Origin: Lama guanicoe
Taxonomy: Eukaryota
Length of the DNA: 64,000 nt
NCBI GenBank assembly: GCA_013239625.1
Contig: MU054323.1
Coordinates: 20,853,082 to 20,917,081, forward strand
Direction: 5' to 3'
The notes beneath the pieces are model-generated. The model was not told where the DNA came from, searched no databases, and saw only the letters and a program-made list of their open reading frames with translations. A program made the translations under genes and the position numbers. Shown one piece after another: positions 51,401 to 64,000 of this stretch (positions are counted from its first letter, which is position 1; each line of letters starts with the position of its first letter).

Positions 51401-52639
51401 AATATTTCATATGCATGTAGCTACTGGCTCCCAAGAGTGAAAGTTTCAAGCTATTCAGCTTCTTCTTAAGCATTTATAATCCATAAAAGAGGAAATAAAG
51501 ATACAAAGGCAAAGCAATTCAGTTTAAAAAAAATTTCACAACATATTTATGCTCAGAAAACATATATACTATTTTTTTAATGACCATTTAAAAAACTGTA
51601 TATCTCTCTATACAAAAGGTAAGCTCATAAACTAAGCAGTAGGCAGTTTTTCTCTATAACTAACACCAAGCAGAGTTTTCCACCAGAGTAAGAATATAAC
51701 TTTATTGGTATGTTATACTAAGCTATGCTAAAGAAAAATGGGGGCTCTCTGATGAGATTTTTCTAATAATTTAGAATTTTCAACTAAAATAAATAAAAGG
51801 CTATATTTGACTATTGATGTGTCTTCTGGCAACCACAGCTTTTATCCCCCGAAAGCTGTGTGTAGTTATGACATTCTGCCCAACGCTAGGTTAAGAAAGT
51901 GCAATCCTGACGCTTTGTCACTAGTACTGATATTTAGCACTACTTGGGAACCAGGGGTGGAAGCACATGGCACAAACATGCAACCAGACCTTGCTACTGC
52001 ATTAACATCTGTCCTCAGACAGATGTGGGAGGCAAAAACACACGGGGTCAGAATAAATTACAGGCAGGAGAATGAACCACACTGATCCAGAATGGGTCAG
52101 ATCAGAGAGCAGCTGATTTCTGAAGATTCCCAGAATCCACTCAGCAGAACCACCTGGGTGATCTCTGTATCGAATCAACCTCTACAACTGGTGTTCACTG
52201 TCATAAAAAAATCATGACTTTGGAAATTTGAGGAAGGAATAAGAAAAAGAAGGGGAAAATGCTGGAGTATTAAAAAGCAGACTTCATTTCACTTATTTTC
52301 ATTGCTTTTGTTATACCACCCAATTCCTAGATTTTATCCTACTGAGTATTAAACAAAGATCTTTCAGGTTGGATCTGATTTGGTATTGTTAGGACTTGGG
52401 TCTGCATTCTTTGGATTCATAAAGGTGATGGCCTTTTAATTTTGACACTGGAAATAAAATATTTTCCTATCAAATAGTAATATTTGGGTGTGCTGATAGG
52501 GAGCAATCTTTAAGGTATAATGCTAAGTGAAAAAAAGCAAGGAGCAAAACAGTATGTGAAACATGCTTTCATCTGCATTAAAAAAGAAAATGCATTCACA
52601 TATATACACACACCCCACACACACTCTCATAGAAGGGTT

Positions 52640-52830
52640 CAGGAGGTAGAGTGCTGGGCTCAAGTTTTAGTTTTGTTCTTACTATCTCTGTGGCCTTTGG
52701 TAAGTCACTTACCTAACGTTTCTAAGTCTCAGTTTCTTCATCCACAATATGTGGATGATAATAGGGCTTGAGGAAGGATTAAATGAGATAATGCATGTGA
52801 AATAACCACTTACAAAAGTTCACTGCTATT
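52640..52830 (+). mobile_element. MIR SINE
   Basis: aagtcacttaccta...tctcagtttcttcatc...ggattaaatgagataatgcatgtgaaa. Confidence 0.7.
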
Positions 52831-53269
52831 AGGATTGGATTATTTTATGCATGGATATTTTCTGGAAGGATTCAAAAGAAATTGTTAACACTGGTTGCCT
52901 AAAGGGTCTTTGAAAGGAGAGGAAGAATATTTCTTCTAATTAAAAAAAAAAGGCAGTATATGCACTTCCTGGAAGTGAGCAATGAATGTACCACACACAG
53001 GCAGAAATCTCTACCATCCTCTGTTCATATGACAAGACTGACCTCTTAGAGGGTTTCTTCCAAGAACAGATTTGTTACAGGAATGCACTGTCCACACATT
53101 AAAATAAAGCCACAAATGCTACAGTACTTGTGAAATACACTATAGAAAAGAAATGTCCCTTATGCAATATGCTCACATGTCCGGGGGTTAGAATTCACTA
53201 CTATCAAAAGACCAAAAACAAACAAAACAAACAAACAAAAAATCCAGCTATGATCCTGTACATAAATAC

Positions 53270-53402
53270 CTGTATGTAGAAAGGAATTCCAGCACTGCGT
53301 CTTGTAGCACAGAGTTTAGATGAAGGATCACTGCATTTAATTTCCTCTAAAACATTCCATAACCACTGTTCTGGTAGCTTCTGCAGACTCACATTAGGGC
53401 AT
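53270..53402 (-). CDS. THADA: THADA internal exon, 133 nt: (R)CPNVSLQKLPEQWLWNVLEEIKCSDPSSKLCATRRSAGIPFYIQ
   Basis: Acceptor tatgccttttag|A and donor CAG|gtattt. One nucleotide plus 44 codons. Contains the RRSAG(I/L)P motif conserved in THADA/Trm732. Overlaps ORF 53204..53413. Confidence 0.96.
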
Positions 53403-53425
53403 CTAAAAGGCATACATAAAGCAAA

Positions 53426-53581
53426 AAGGTCTTTGAAAGGAGAGGAAGAATATTTCTTCTAATTAAAAAAAAAAGAAAGGCAGTATATGCACTTCCTGGA
53501 AGTGAGCAATGAATGTACCACACACAGGCAGAGCTTCTGCAGACTCACATTAGGGCATCTAAAAGGCATACATAAAGCAAA
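53426..53581. repeat. Internally deleted tandem copy: 53428-53532 repeats 52905-53005, and 53532-53581 repeats 53376-53425 (27 nt of exon plus its acceptor)
   Basis: Direct comparison. The 50-bp block is identical, and the ~101-bp block is identical apart from an extra GAAA after the A10 run. Confidence 0.95.
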
Positions 53582-54679
53582 CACTTGGAATTATCAGGAA
53601 CCAAAAAGTAAAGGTAGACACTATTGCTATACATTAACACTGTTGGAAAAGAATAAATATTCCTACATTTGGACATTGGATTCCTACACTTTCTACTTTT
53701 CACCTCCTTTCTTCTTTATAATGGGTCTTAGGATTTGAAGCTATTACAGATTCCATTTCTTACAAAATCACACAGAGCATGTGTCTCATCTGTAAATAAG
53801 CTTTAATATCTAGGCCTGCACCACATTCAAAATGTTCTGGAAGTTAATCAAGCTCTCATTAACGTTCTGTATTGTGAAACTCCAGATTTCCAACAAGGAG
53901 AATATAACCTTACAGTTTATTGTAATTTATATTCCACATTTATAGAGATTATACATATTAAAAAAACACATTTTAAAGTATATTTTAGTAATCATTTTAT
54001 CTCTCTCAAAGTGTGGTTCATCACAACTAAAATATTCATCCAGAGCCTGTGGAGAATTAATAAAGTAAGTTATTTAGAAAGATTCGTAAACATTTTGAAA
54101 TTATTTGGACATTACTGTTAGTGAGATTCTGCTCTATTATATTAACTGCTACTCTAGAGTGCTTAAAAATATTTGACTTTCAAAAAATTTTTCAACTTAT
54201 GTCCTACTAAATTACGTAACATTATCCTAAGAAATAGTGTGTTTAGTGGTAAACCATTTTAGGAAGATCATAACTGGATTCAACTAAAATTAGTATGAAA
54301 ATAAAAAGATCAAGTCCAAAGGAAAGTACTCTCTCTTTTTTAAACTAAAGAAGACAGTCTGCAGAAAGGTAATCCGTTACCTCCCTCCTGCTGCTTCCCA
54401 CTCAGCTCCCTCAGCCACCAGAACCAACCATCAATAGTCTGAACACCAACGTTCAAAGAGATTCAAAGGCATAACAACCAAATGCAAAGTCTGAGCCTTG
54501 TTTAGATTCTAACTTGAAAAAAAAAAACTGTAAAAAAGATATTTTCAAATAACAGAGGAAATTTATATATGTACTAGATACCATATGACACCAAGGAATC
54601 ATTTTAGGATGTGCCAATGACATTTGTGAATTCAAAACACAGAAAGAAGGTTTATATTAAGAAACACAATTTAAAAAAT

Positions 54680-55550
54680 CAATAATTAGAACAGAAGTTC
54701 ACTCCATATGAAGCTTAATTTTCTGGAGCAGTCTGACAAAAATCTTAAAATAACTGTTTAGAATACTTAAGAGCTAAATGAAGGAATAATTTCTATTTAA
54801 AAAAGAACAAGAAATTATGAAAACCAGGCAGTACTGAAGTAAGAATAGGCATCTATGAAAATAAAGATATTGGAAATACTGGTAATGAAAATACACTTTC
54901 AAAATTTAAAAAAATAACAGATAAGATGAATTCTAGGGAATTACTGACTTAGAAGACAGTTTTCTGGAAAATGTACCCAAAATAGTACACAGAAGGATAA
55001 AAACACAAAATATACACATGTTATATATATATATGTGTGTGTAATATACACATACATATACACATACATACATACGATAGTTTGAGAGACTCTAATTTCA
55101 TCTAACAGGAATTACAAAAAGCAGGAATCGAATGATTACTAGGAGAAAAATACTCAAAGAGATAGCTAAACATTTTCCAGAACTGAAGAAAGTCACAAAG
55201 CCTCAGATTCAAAGTATCTTCCAAGTACCTACTTCATGTAAATAAATTCATACCTAGACATATCATGGTGAAATTTTGATTAAAAGAAAATTTTATCACA
55301 AGATGGGGGGAAAAAAGTATATCTACAAAGGAACACCTATTATACCAAAGACAAGTTTCTCTTTGGCAATAATAAGAGATGCAATATCTTTAAAGCACTG
55401 AGGAAAAATAACTGTCAACCAGAATTCTATATGCAGCTAAACTACATTCGAAAGTAGAGATAAGATAAAGACAGAGACATAAGAGGAGTCTGGCTCCCAG
55501 AGTTCCACACAAAAAGAAATCCTAAAGGACATACTTCAACAAAGTAAATC
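54680..55550 (+). mobile_element. Old L1 ORF1 / HAL1-like remnant with an internal TA/CA microsatellite
   Basis: aaacattttccagaactgaagaaag...tacctagacatatcatggtgaaattt...ccagaattctatatgcagctaaacta. Confidence 0.7.
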
Positions 55551-55569
55551 CAGAGCAGTCCCAATGCGG

Positions 55570-56175
55570 TGCCTACCTTATGCCTCACATTTAATATGTC
55601 CCAAACTAAACTCCTGATCTTCCTCCATAAAGCTACTGTACTACAGTCTTCCCCATTCTAGTATATGAATAACGTAACTTAGGCCAAACATTTTAGAGTC
55701 ATCCTTCCTCTCAAATACCATATTCAATCTGTTATCATCTTCTGTCTTTCTGTCTTCAAATTGCATTGATTCAGATCACGTTTTACTATCTCTACCACTC
55801 TCCAAACCATCACCGTCCCTTTCTTAAGTTACAATAATACAATAACTTCCTAATTAGTCTTTTTGCTTTTACTATTGCAATCTGTTCTCAACATAGCAGT
55901 CAAAGTAATCATTTTGAAGGACTAGATCATGACATTCCTCTGTTCACAAACTCGCCAATGACCCCCCATTTTACTCAGAATAAAAGCCAAAGTCCTTACT
56001 ATGTCTTACAATAGTCCTCATTACCTCTCTAATCTTACCTACAACTACTTCACTTACTCACTCCACTCACAAATGGTTTACGAGCTATTCATTAAATACC
56101 CTAAGTCCATGCCTCCCAAGACTTTTGTACCTGACCTTCTCTATGTCTGGAATGCTTTTCCTCCAGCTATACAAC
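55570..56175 (+). mobile_element. L2 fragment
   Basis: ttaatatgtcccaaactaaactcctgatctt...ttagagtcatcctt...agaataaaagccaaagtcctt...tctggaatgcttttcc. Confidence 0.75.
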
Positions 56176-58249
56176 TGTTGATGACAGTGTTCACTATACT
56201 TATCAACACATTCAAATCTTTCATACTAATTTTAATCTAGCAGAGAGACAGAGAGAGAGAGAAGTTAAATAATTTGCTCAAGGTTTATAGCTAACAAGTG
56301 ACAGAGGGAGAATCAAAAATGTAGATTGACACCACAGCCCTTGTTTAATAAATTAAAGGCATTATTTCAAAGTGCCTGCCCTAAATGCTCAGATACACAG
56401 TTGGCTTGATCTGGTTCATGATAGAGATATTATCCACTCTCTTATTATTTGCTTCAGTGGATTTCATTCATTCATTTAGAAAAAAAAAAGATTAAGTTAC
56501 TTGGCACTAATGCTGTGCCCTAGGAAAGGAGCAGTCAAATAAAAATTCCAAATTAGACATAATTCAGAAAGCATGTTTCTGCATCTAGAATGCATTACCA
56601 GAGTACACTGTTTTAAGGACTGCCTTCCTAACCATGTTTCAGTCAGATTACTTTTTAGGTTGATTTCAGTCCCTGAATATCTACCATCAGAGTAGGGGCT
56701 AAAGCAGTTTTGAAACAAACTGGTGATACGGATGGAAAGCTAGCTCGAGAATTAAAATATCTTACAGAAAATCCACTCAGTGGATAGCCTACTTGTGACT
56801 GACTTGAGGTCAACTGTGTCTTATTCATTCTGGAGGTGCTCCAACTCCCTTAGACAAGTGGGGACATTTATTACTGTTAATAAACTGTTTCCTTACATTA
56901 ACCGAATGACTCATTGCTGGCCTAATGAAATTATTTCACCTTCAAACACAAAGCAACTAATTTCACATTTTAAATGTGAAATACATTTAAAGCCAACATA
57001 TGAAGCAAAATTCCCAGAAAATTATCAAGACTCAACTGCCAGGAAATTAATTATGTGTAACTGAACTAAAGGTTAAGCCCCTACCAATATCTTCATTTCC
57101 CAAATAACAACTTACAAAGCTGTTATCACTAAGGATTTTTAGCACAAGGAAGTAAATCCTTTCCCACAAACACACTTTTATTTTGTCAGCTTTAAGAGCA
57201 ACTTCAAATAAAAATGTATTCAAATAAATAAGTTATTGGGTACAGAAGAGTAAATGTCAATAAAAACAAACCTATTTATTTACTGATTGTTAATAAACTT
57301 TTACCTCACTATGGTTCCTTATATCACTTTCCTTTTCACTTGCTAATCATTTAGATAATTCTAATAATGAAAAGAAAAATCAGTTTGTTTTTGGAACAAA
57401 ACCAGGATTTGTCCCTGATTAGTAATGGTCTGATATACATCACAAAGACCTAGAGTATTATTCCCTCAGAGTACAGATGAAAACAGGAAACTGGAAAACA
57501 TGTACTTTTCTTCATTTAAAAAAAAAAAAACGAAGTTTTCAGGAAAAGTAGAAGAAAGATAAGCTGATAATTTCAGAATCACCTCCAAACCTCTAACATA
57601 TTAATGTTGTTACAAGGAATTCCACTTTCCTCGCTCACCCAAGTTCAAAGTTTTGCAAAGCAAAGTTTTTGGCTGCCTATAACATAAAAAAACAGGTCAG
57701 ATTATTGATTTTAAACTAGAGTAGGAAGAAGGGCTATATCCTTCTACTCAGAGAATATATATTTCAGGTTTAAAAGAAAAAAAATTCACAATGTAAAAAA
57801 AAAAGGTGTTTGCTTTTCATAAGTTTAAATATTCCATGCACTAGTCTAAAATCATCTACTGATGATACTGAACAAATTGACCTAAGTTTCCAAGAACAAG
57901 TAGAAAATGAGTCAGGAGGAGGATAAAGGCAGCTATGAGAGATATAGCACACTTTCTGAGAACCGAAACTTTTTTTCCATTTATTTTATACTGATGTAGC
58001 TTCTCATTTGTCCCAACCAGTCCTTCGCCTCTCTTCCATGCAATGCTATAATACACACATATGTACTTTATTTGTTGATCATCTTAAAGCTACTTACTAG
58101 GGTCCACACTTACTCATGTTTGTACAATTCCCAAGATACCTTTTTTTTTTTAACCCATTTGAATGGAGCCTTTCAGAAAACAAACAACCCCCCATCGATT
58201 TCCAGGGAGCACCACATCCAAACTTCTTATCCTAGCTCACCAAGCCCTA

Positions 58250-58615
58250 CATATTTGGACCACCCCGCTCAGCTTCATCTTATACCATTCTGTTCTTTAA
58301 ATACACCAAAGGCTTTTACATTAGTTGCTCCCATTGCTTGGAAAGCTCTTCCCTCAAAAAGCTGTTGCTTCTTGTCATCCAAGCTCACTTTAGTGTAGGA
58401 GGAAAGAGAGATTTTTTCCTTACCACCAAACTTTATTACATCAGAATATATATTGCTGTCTGATAGTTTGTTATTATTTTCTAGATGTGCTCTAAAATAT
58501 AAACTCCCTATCAAGGACACACTCTGTCCTATTCACCTCTTTATTCCCCACACCCAGAACAGGGCCTGGCATCCAACAGGGAACTCAATAAATATCTGTG
58601 GAATATACGAACAAC
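58250..58615 (+). mobile_element. L2 3' fragment
   Basis: Ends cccagaacagggcctggcatccaacagggaactcaataaatatctgtggaat. Confidence 0.7.
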
Positions 58616-59192
58616 TTATGACTTACCGACTCCATGAAGTGTACCATTCTAAAGCACAAGGCTGACAAAGAAAGAGGGTATAGTAACTAGAAAAGAAAGT
58701 ATAAACAAAAGTGCTTTCCAATGATAAGAGCCACCATTAGAGGCAGGTGTTCCAATTCCTTAACTTCCTCAGACAGGTATAAACACATTCAGAGTCTCCA
58801 CATACCAAGGTCATAGCATTGATATGAAGATACTCTCTACTGAAATCCCCAAGTAGCCAAAGTCAGCTTTGTTAGCCTAAGTACTATCTCAAGAGATAAC
58901 TGTTTTCCAAGACTGAAAAACAAAACCAAGGACAGCATTCAAAACCCAACAGAGGGTTCAGGTTTGTGTAAAGTATGTATTTAACTAAGGTTTACACAGT
59001 TATGAACATGGGTTAGAAACCATGTTTCAAATGACCAATGTTTCTGAATTCCAGAAATATAGTATTTAATACCAGGTTATAAGCATTTCCCTTCTCTCTT
59101 AAGGCTCCTCAGGAGACCAGACCTGTGCCTACAACTATTTCCTCTCAAATATTTTTCTCAAATATGTATTTCTCAAATACATATCTCTAGTA

Positions 59193-59285
59193 AGAATGAC
59201 CAATGTCCCTGTCTGCCAAGGACAGAGGGGTTCCCAGAATGCTGGATTTCCATGCTAAAAAATTGGAGGAGTCCCAGGGCATCCT
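59193..59285. mobile_element. MER94-like (hAT-Blackjack) MITE
   Basis: agaatgaccaatgtccctgtctgccaaggacagaggggttcccag...gtcccagggcatcct with degenerate inverted ends. Confidence 0.55.
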
Positions 59286-62200
59286 ATCTCTAACTCTGAC
59301 CCCTTCCCTCTCCCAATCTTTGGCCTGTATTTCCAACTGTCTGCTGTCCCACTAGGCATCAACATCAACTCAAATTCAACAAGTCTAAAGTATTATCCTG
59401 CCTCGCATCAGGCTCTTCTTCTTACCATGCTTATTTGTTAATGCATTAATTATTCTTCCCATAACTTGGGGCAGACAGCTCAGAAAGTAGACTTTTTTCT
59501 TGGTCTTCCATTTCTGCCTTATAAGTTATCTAATTTATTTCTCTAATATCAAAGATTAAAATGCTAAGCTGGAAGTTCCTCTAGGAACAAGAACCATGTT
59601 TTACTAATATTTCATCCTCCTACAGTGCCTACCTATTATAATTTCTTACATACAGCAAGTGATCAATGTACTTCTGTTGAACTGCTAATCTCTGAAGCAG
59701 AATGAAGTTCAAAAAAACTATCTGGATTCTATTGCTGGGTCTGTCACCAACTAGTTGTGTAGCTATGGACAAATCATTTGATTCTCAATGCCTAAGAATG
59801 AAAATAAAATAATTATAAAAATGCTTTGAAATTCAGTGAGATATTATCTGGGTTAATATTCCAAACAGAAAAAGCAGTGACCCTAAATTATGCAAGTACC
59901 CGAAGTTCCTGATGAGACTGTCCCCCAAATACCTCATCATGGCCCCACACAAGCCCAGTCCCTTGTTCAGGTCTTCACATGCCTTTTTTAGTTCTACAGA
60001 GTTAAATGTTTTCAATTTAGATCCTAATAATTGTCTCTAGGTTCACAGCAACTCTGGCTTACCACATCGTATTCTCAATGGTTGAACAGTGTTTCTAACA
60101 TGGCATCTGGCACAGTAGATGTTGAAGAAATCATTTGTTGAATGAATAAATAAGGACCAACGAGTGCTGGAGCCAGCTGCTGCCCATTAGCTGTGCCTTC
60201 AGTCAGGCAGATAATTGAAAAACTAGGTGTAGAAAAGGAGGGCTGAAATTTTAAAGCTCCTCAACAGTGAAGTCACTGTGCCTATAAAAACACAATATTA
60301 GCCTAACCTAGAGTTCTGACTATTCAATGAACCCTCTGTCTACTCCCCAGCAAAAAAAGATTACTTTATAAGGAAACGATTTCAAAACTCCAGAGCTGCT
60401 GGTGTTTATGATAATGAAGGGATTGAGAGGTAAAAACGGAACCACACAAGGCTCCCAAGAACAATGTGACCAACTCTTAGCTGTTTGTTTTGATTCCTCA
60501 TCACACAACGCAGGGACAGCAAGGAAAAGGGGAGGTTCCCGAGTAACAGGGTTCGTGGTTCACTGTGCCAGCTCCAGGGAGACACCAGCCACAACCATGG
60601 GGATTCCACGCCCACTTTTGTCAGCAAGAGCCTCTCCACTAAAACAGAAGACATCCTCTCTGTCTGAAGGCTCTTTTGTTTTATACAAAAAAAAATTAAT
60701 ACAAAATACACTGCATCTTTACTCTGACTACATCATAAAAACTGCAACTTTCTTACAAGGGCTTCAAACTCTTCATAAGCAACCCTCACTAAATGTTATT
60801 ATCACAAAATACTCCTAAGAAATCAGTCTAGCAGTTCTAAAGCACATTTACTAAAAATGTATCAAACTTCCTTCAGTCTTTCATACTCCAAATCCCCAGA
60901 CTTTCCCAGTCAGAAACTAGAAAGCAGCATTGCATAATGAGTAGAATGCGCAGAACTGAAAAAGCCTTAGAAAGCTGAATCCTCTTATTTTATCAAAGAG
61001 GACACAGCAGCCCAGAGGGGTTACATGGCTTTCCTAGCGTCAACAAAGCTGGTCGGTGGTACTAGGCTCTAATTCATATCTCAATATTCTTTCATCTACA
61101 CTCTGAGGGATGTGGTGGTTAAGGATCGGGGTATGGGAGGAATCAGACCACTCTGATTTTCCTGTTCATCATAGTCAAGAAGTAGTAGAAGTTTAAAAGG
61201 AAAAGAAAACAAAAACAAAAACAAAAAAACCCCTAACAGGAAAAGGGGCGGGGGGTTGGTCTTGTTTGTCTTTTTTCTATGCTAAGTGCTACTGCCTGAG
61301 TCGTCACCCAAAGTAACAGAAATGAACAGGCCAAGCCATAGCTGGCGTTTTAGGTCTTTGTGTTGTCTTGAGGAGATCACTGAAGCAAATTATTGTTCTA
61401 TAAACAGATTAGTCCAATTTCTCTCCACAAAGCTATCTCACTGGTGGTGGGTAAGTATTCTAAGATAAGCATAAAAACCCAGACCGAAATCAAATTACAT
61501 ACGCTGTATACCCAACTAATTGGTCATTAGACTATTTTGTACCAATAAATCAGGTTCCCTGACTACAGAATGGCTTTCCGATGGCTTCGTGCATCTACCT
61601 AACTGTGGTAACACAGAGCTATTTTTTGTTGAGTTCTGATTATATTACTTATGTTACTTGGAAAATGTTACCTTCCTTTTCTCAAACTCTTTCAGTATGG
61701 TTATTTTTCCTTAAAGATTTTTCCAAATCTTTATTATTTCATTAGCTAAATTTTCCACTCCATTCATTCTTTGGTCAAGTATTGTGTTTATTATTTCAAG
61801 GTTCATGTTTATTATTTCAATTAAACTAAACAGTGACAGATGTGCAGGAAGGTTCTGTGCATGTGCACACACATTTAAAAAAGGGAACACAGCCCTGAAG
61901 CATGGGGAAATTTTAAGCTTTAAAAATGACTTGCCCAAATGAGATCCAGTGAGAAAGCTACATATCAACAGAAGCCATCTTAACCTCCCTCACCAGTGTC
62001 AAACACTGTTGAGGTTTACTGCCAGCTAAAACATCAGGGGGCTGTTCTGAAGCCTCGGCTGCAGGCATACGTAATAAGAATGACCAAGACTAAACTGAAT
62101 TACCAATCAGAAGGCCATGGGGAGAAGGGTAGGATACGGTGGATTAAAAGAAGTGGTTAGAAAGATGTACCAAATTGTTGGTTCTCTTAATATTTAACAT

Positions 62201-64000
62201 AACCATTCTCTGAGATCAAGGAGAAAAAAATTAATATTAAAAACTCTGGGAACTTTGCCAACAAAGCTGAGATAGAATTTACTCACTAAGAACAAGATTC
62301 CTCTGTTATTGAGTCTAAATGACTCAGTATTACTATGAGAACTTAAAAAATGAGTATTCAAAGTTCCAGAAAGAAGGTAACATCTGACTCAACTATGGAG
62401 TAGACTTAAAAATAAAAATTCAGGGGTCACAAACCAAAGACACAAAGATTTAGACTTTAAGTAATCCACTAAAGAAACGGGAAAGTTAAAGGATTTTTTT
62501 TCTCTTTGTAAGTATTAATATGGCTTCCCAGAGTGGATGATCACTAGTTATTCTTTAACTATTAATACTTCAAATAAAATTCATAGGACATTCAGAAATA
62601 AAAAGTGTCATATTTAGACACATTTACCAAAGAAGATGGAATTAAAGGCTTAGACAAGATTATGTACTTTTTATTTACAGTTGAATGACTTTTTCCCCAA
62701 ATCTCATACATTACATTCTAGATTTATTTCTTGCTCAATTGCATATTCTTAAGAGATCTGGTCTTTCATTCTCCAGTAAAGTAGAGGGAAATTATTTTTT
62801 CACCATTATATTTCAATTGTTCATAAGACGTGTTCTGTTGAATTTGAATTGTAGTAGCTATAATTAACTGATGAAAGTTTAAGTACATATTTAAATTACT
62901 TCTGTCCACCATAATTGTTGACATCCATGAGTCAGCACTAGCATTTTATGACAAAAAACAGCTAAATGTCAGTAGTTCACTTTTTTAGGCCAATAATGTG
63001 AAAATGATTATAATTAGTGTAACAAATATTTGTAGGTTAAGCTATATTTCAGTAAGCAGAGCAATTCCATAAATTGAAGAGCAAGACAATAGCAAGTGCT
63101 CATGAACCTACCTTCTAGATTTAGAATTGTAGACAACAATTTAATCCCCTTAGAGTTAAGCTTCTAATTTATGGGTGAATTAATGAATGGTAGATTCCCC
63201 AGTTTAGCACTCTAGTTTAGGATTATGTTCATTTTCATTGAAAGAATAACTTAAAATACTAAGATCATAGAGAGAAAATAAGCAAATATGAATTTCATCA
63301 GAAACTCAAATTTAGAGTTGTAACTTTAATGCACTTAACCACTCCAATCAAATGCTTAAGCAGGTAATTACGAACAGGCAGATAATTGTGTTTTTTAAAG
63401 AGTGCATGAATATTTCATCAAACTCTAAACAGAAAGTACCATACAAGAAAATCAGATTCTAGAAAATTAACACAGCTTGTGCCTGTGCGTGCACGCGTGC
63501 ACATACTCAAGTGTGGCTTACAAAAAATTCTCAGAAAAAAAAGAACAGTGTCTGCCATTCTTATTTATTCTTAGATGATTGTTTAATACTGAAGTCAGTT
63601 TACATGTGAAGACATTTTGAATAATCCTATTAAAAACCAATTCAAACAAATGTGGCTCATGTTTAACTCTTCGGTTATTTATCCATTAATCTCTTTAAGT
63701 GCTTCCTTCCTTAACACAGCTGTAGTTCAAGAGGTGGCCAGCAGTTGGCCTCCATTTTAGTGGATTTCCATGAAAGCCCAGATTTCTTTCTGCAAACTTT
63801 AAAAATGCTGTCTGCCTAAATAACTTTTTCATAACTTAAGTGCTTATAAAAGGCTTTCAGAATGATCCAAAAGAAACACATTTTCTTTTAAAAATAAAAA
63901 CCAAACAAAAGGAAGCCACACACACTGTAAAGATGTTCTCTGTGAAACATTCTGTTCAGCAGATCTGAAATGTCTCCAAAGGGATGAAGAACCACTTGGT

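Larger units (their letters stand above)
1..64000 (-). other. THADA: Internal part of the THADA gene: four coding exons plus introns, with both window ends intronic
   Basis: Four phase-compatible exons occur in the order expected from recalled THADA protein. The flanking exons (ending ...LTEVLNR upstream, starting MTGREFF downstream) were not found in the window. Confidence 0.95.

Noticed and set aside
59140..59190. Imperfect repeat of TCTCAAATA units as a CRISPR-like or functional array
   Set aside because: Only about three short degenerate units with no spacers, in mammalian DNA. Slippage explains it.
722..62867. The many 60-138 aa ORFs in the track as independent genes
   Set aside because: Only 50286..50567 and 53204..53413 overlap real exons. 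The rest are chance ORFs, low-complexity sequence, N-gap read-through or L1 debris.
63483..63505. Alternating purine-pyrimidine tract with palindrome GTGCACGCGTGCAC (similar tract at about 29300-29325)
   Set aside because: Typical decayed CA/TG microsatellite. Any Z-DNA potential is generic.

Overview
This is AT-rich, CpG-poor mammalian genomic DNA, not a prokaryotic locus. Two tRNA-Ala(AGC)-derived SINEs of the Vic-1 type point to a camelid. The whole window lies inside THADA (Trm732 homologue, DUF2428 region), transcribed on the minus strand. Four consecutive coding exons (53270-53402, 50457-50570, 45242-45364, 37202-37293) have canonical AG/GT sites and join in one open frame: (R)CPNVSLQ...RRSAGIPFYIQ|ALLASEP...[13 protein letters not shown]...SPVWA|VRNSSTL...SKKN(R). 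Positions 1-37201 are part of one very long intron and 53403-64000 are part of the upstream intron. The rest is old interspersed repeat (L1, HAL1/ORF1-like, L2, MIR, MaLR LTRs, hAT elements), microsatellites and a 206-N assembly gap. The most unusual structure is a local rearrangement at the RRSAGIP exon. The segment 53426-53581 is a colinear, internally deleted second copy of 52905-53425. It creates two identical splice acceptors 156 nt apart, and the distal one reads into an in-frame TAG. There is also a dense TF-motif cluster near 19.7 kb. Gene and repeat-family names come from recalled sequences, and repeat boundaries are approximate. No database search was run. I see no evidence of a new multi-gene system.
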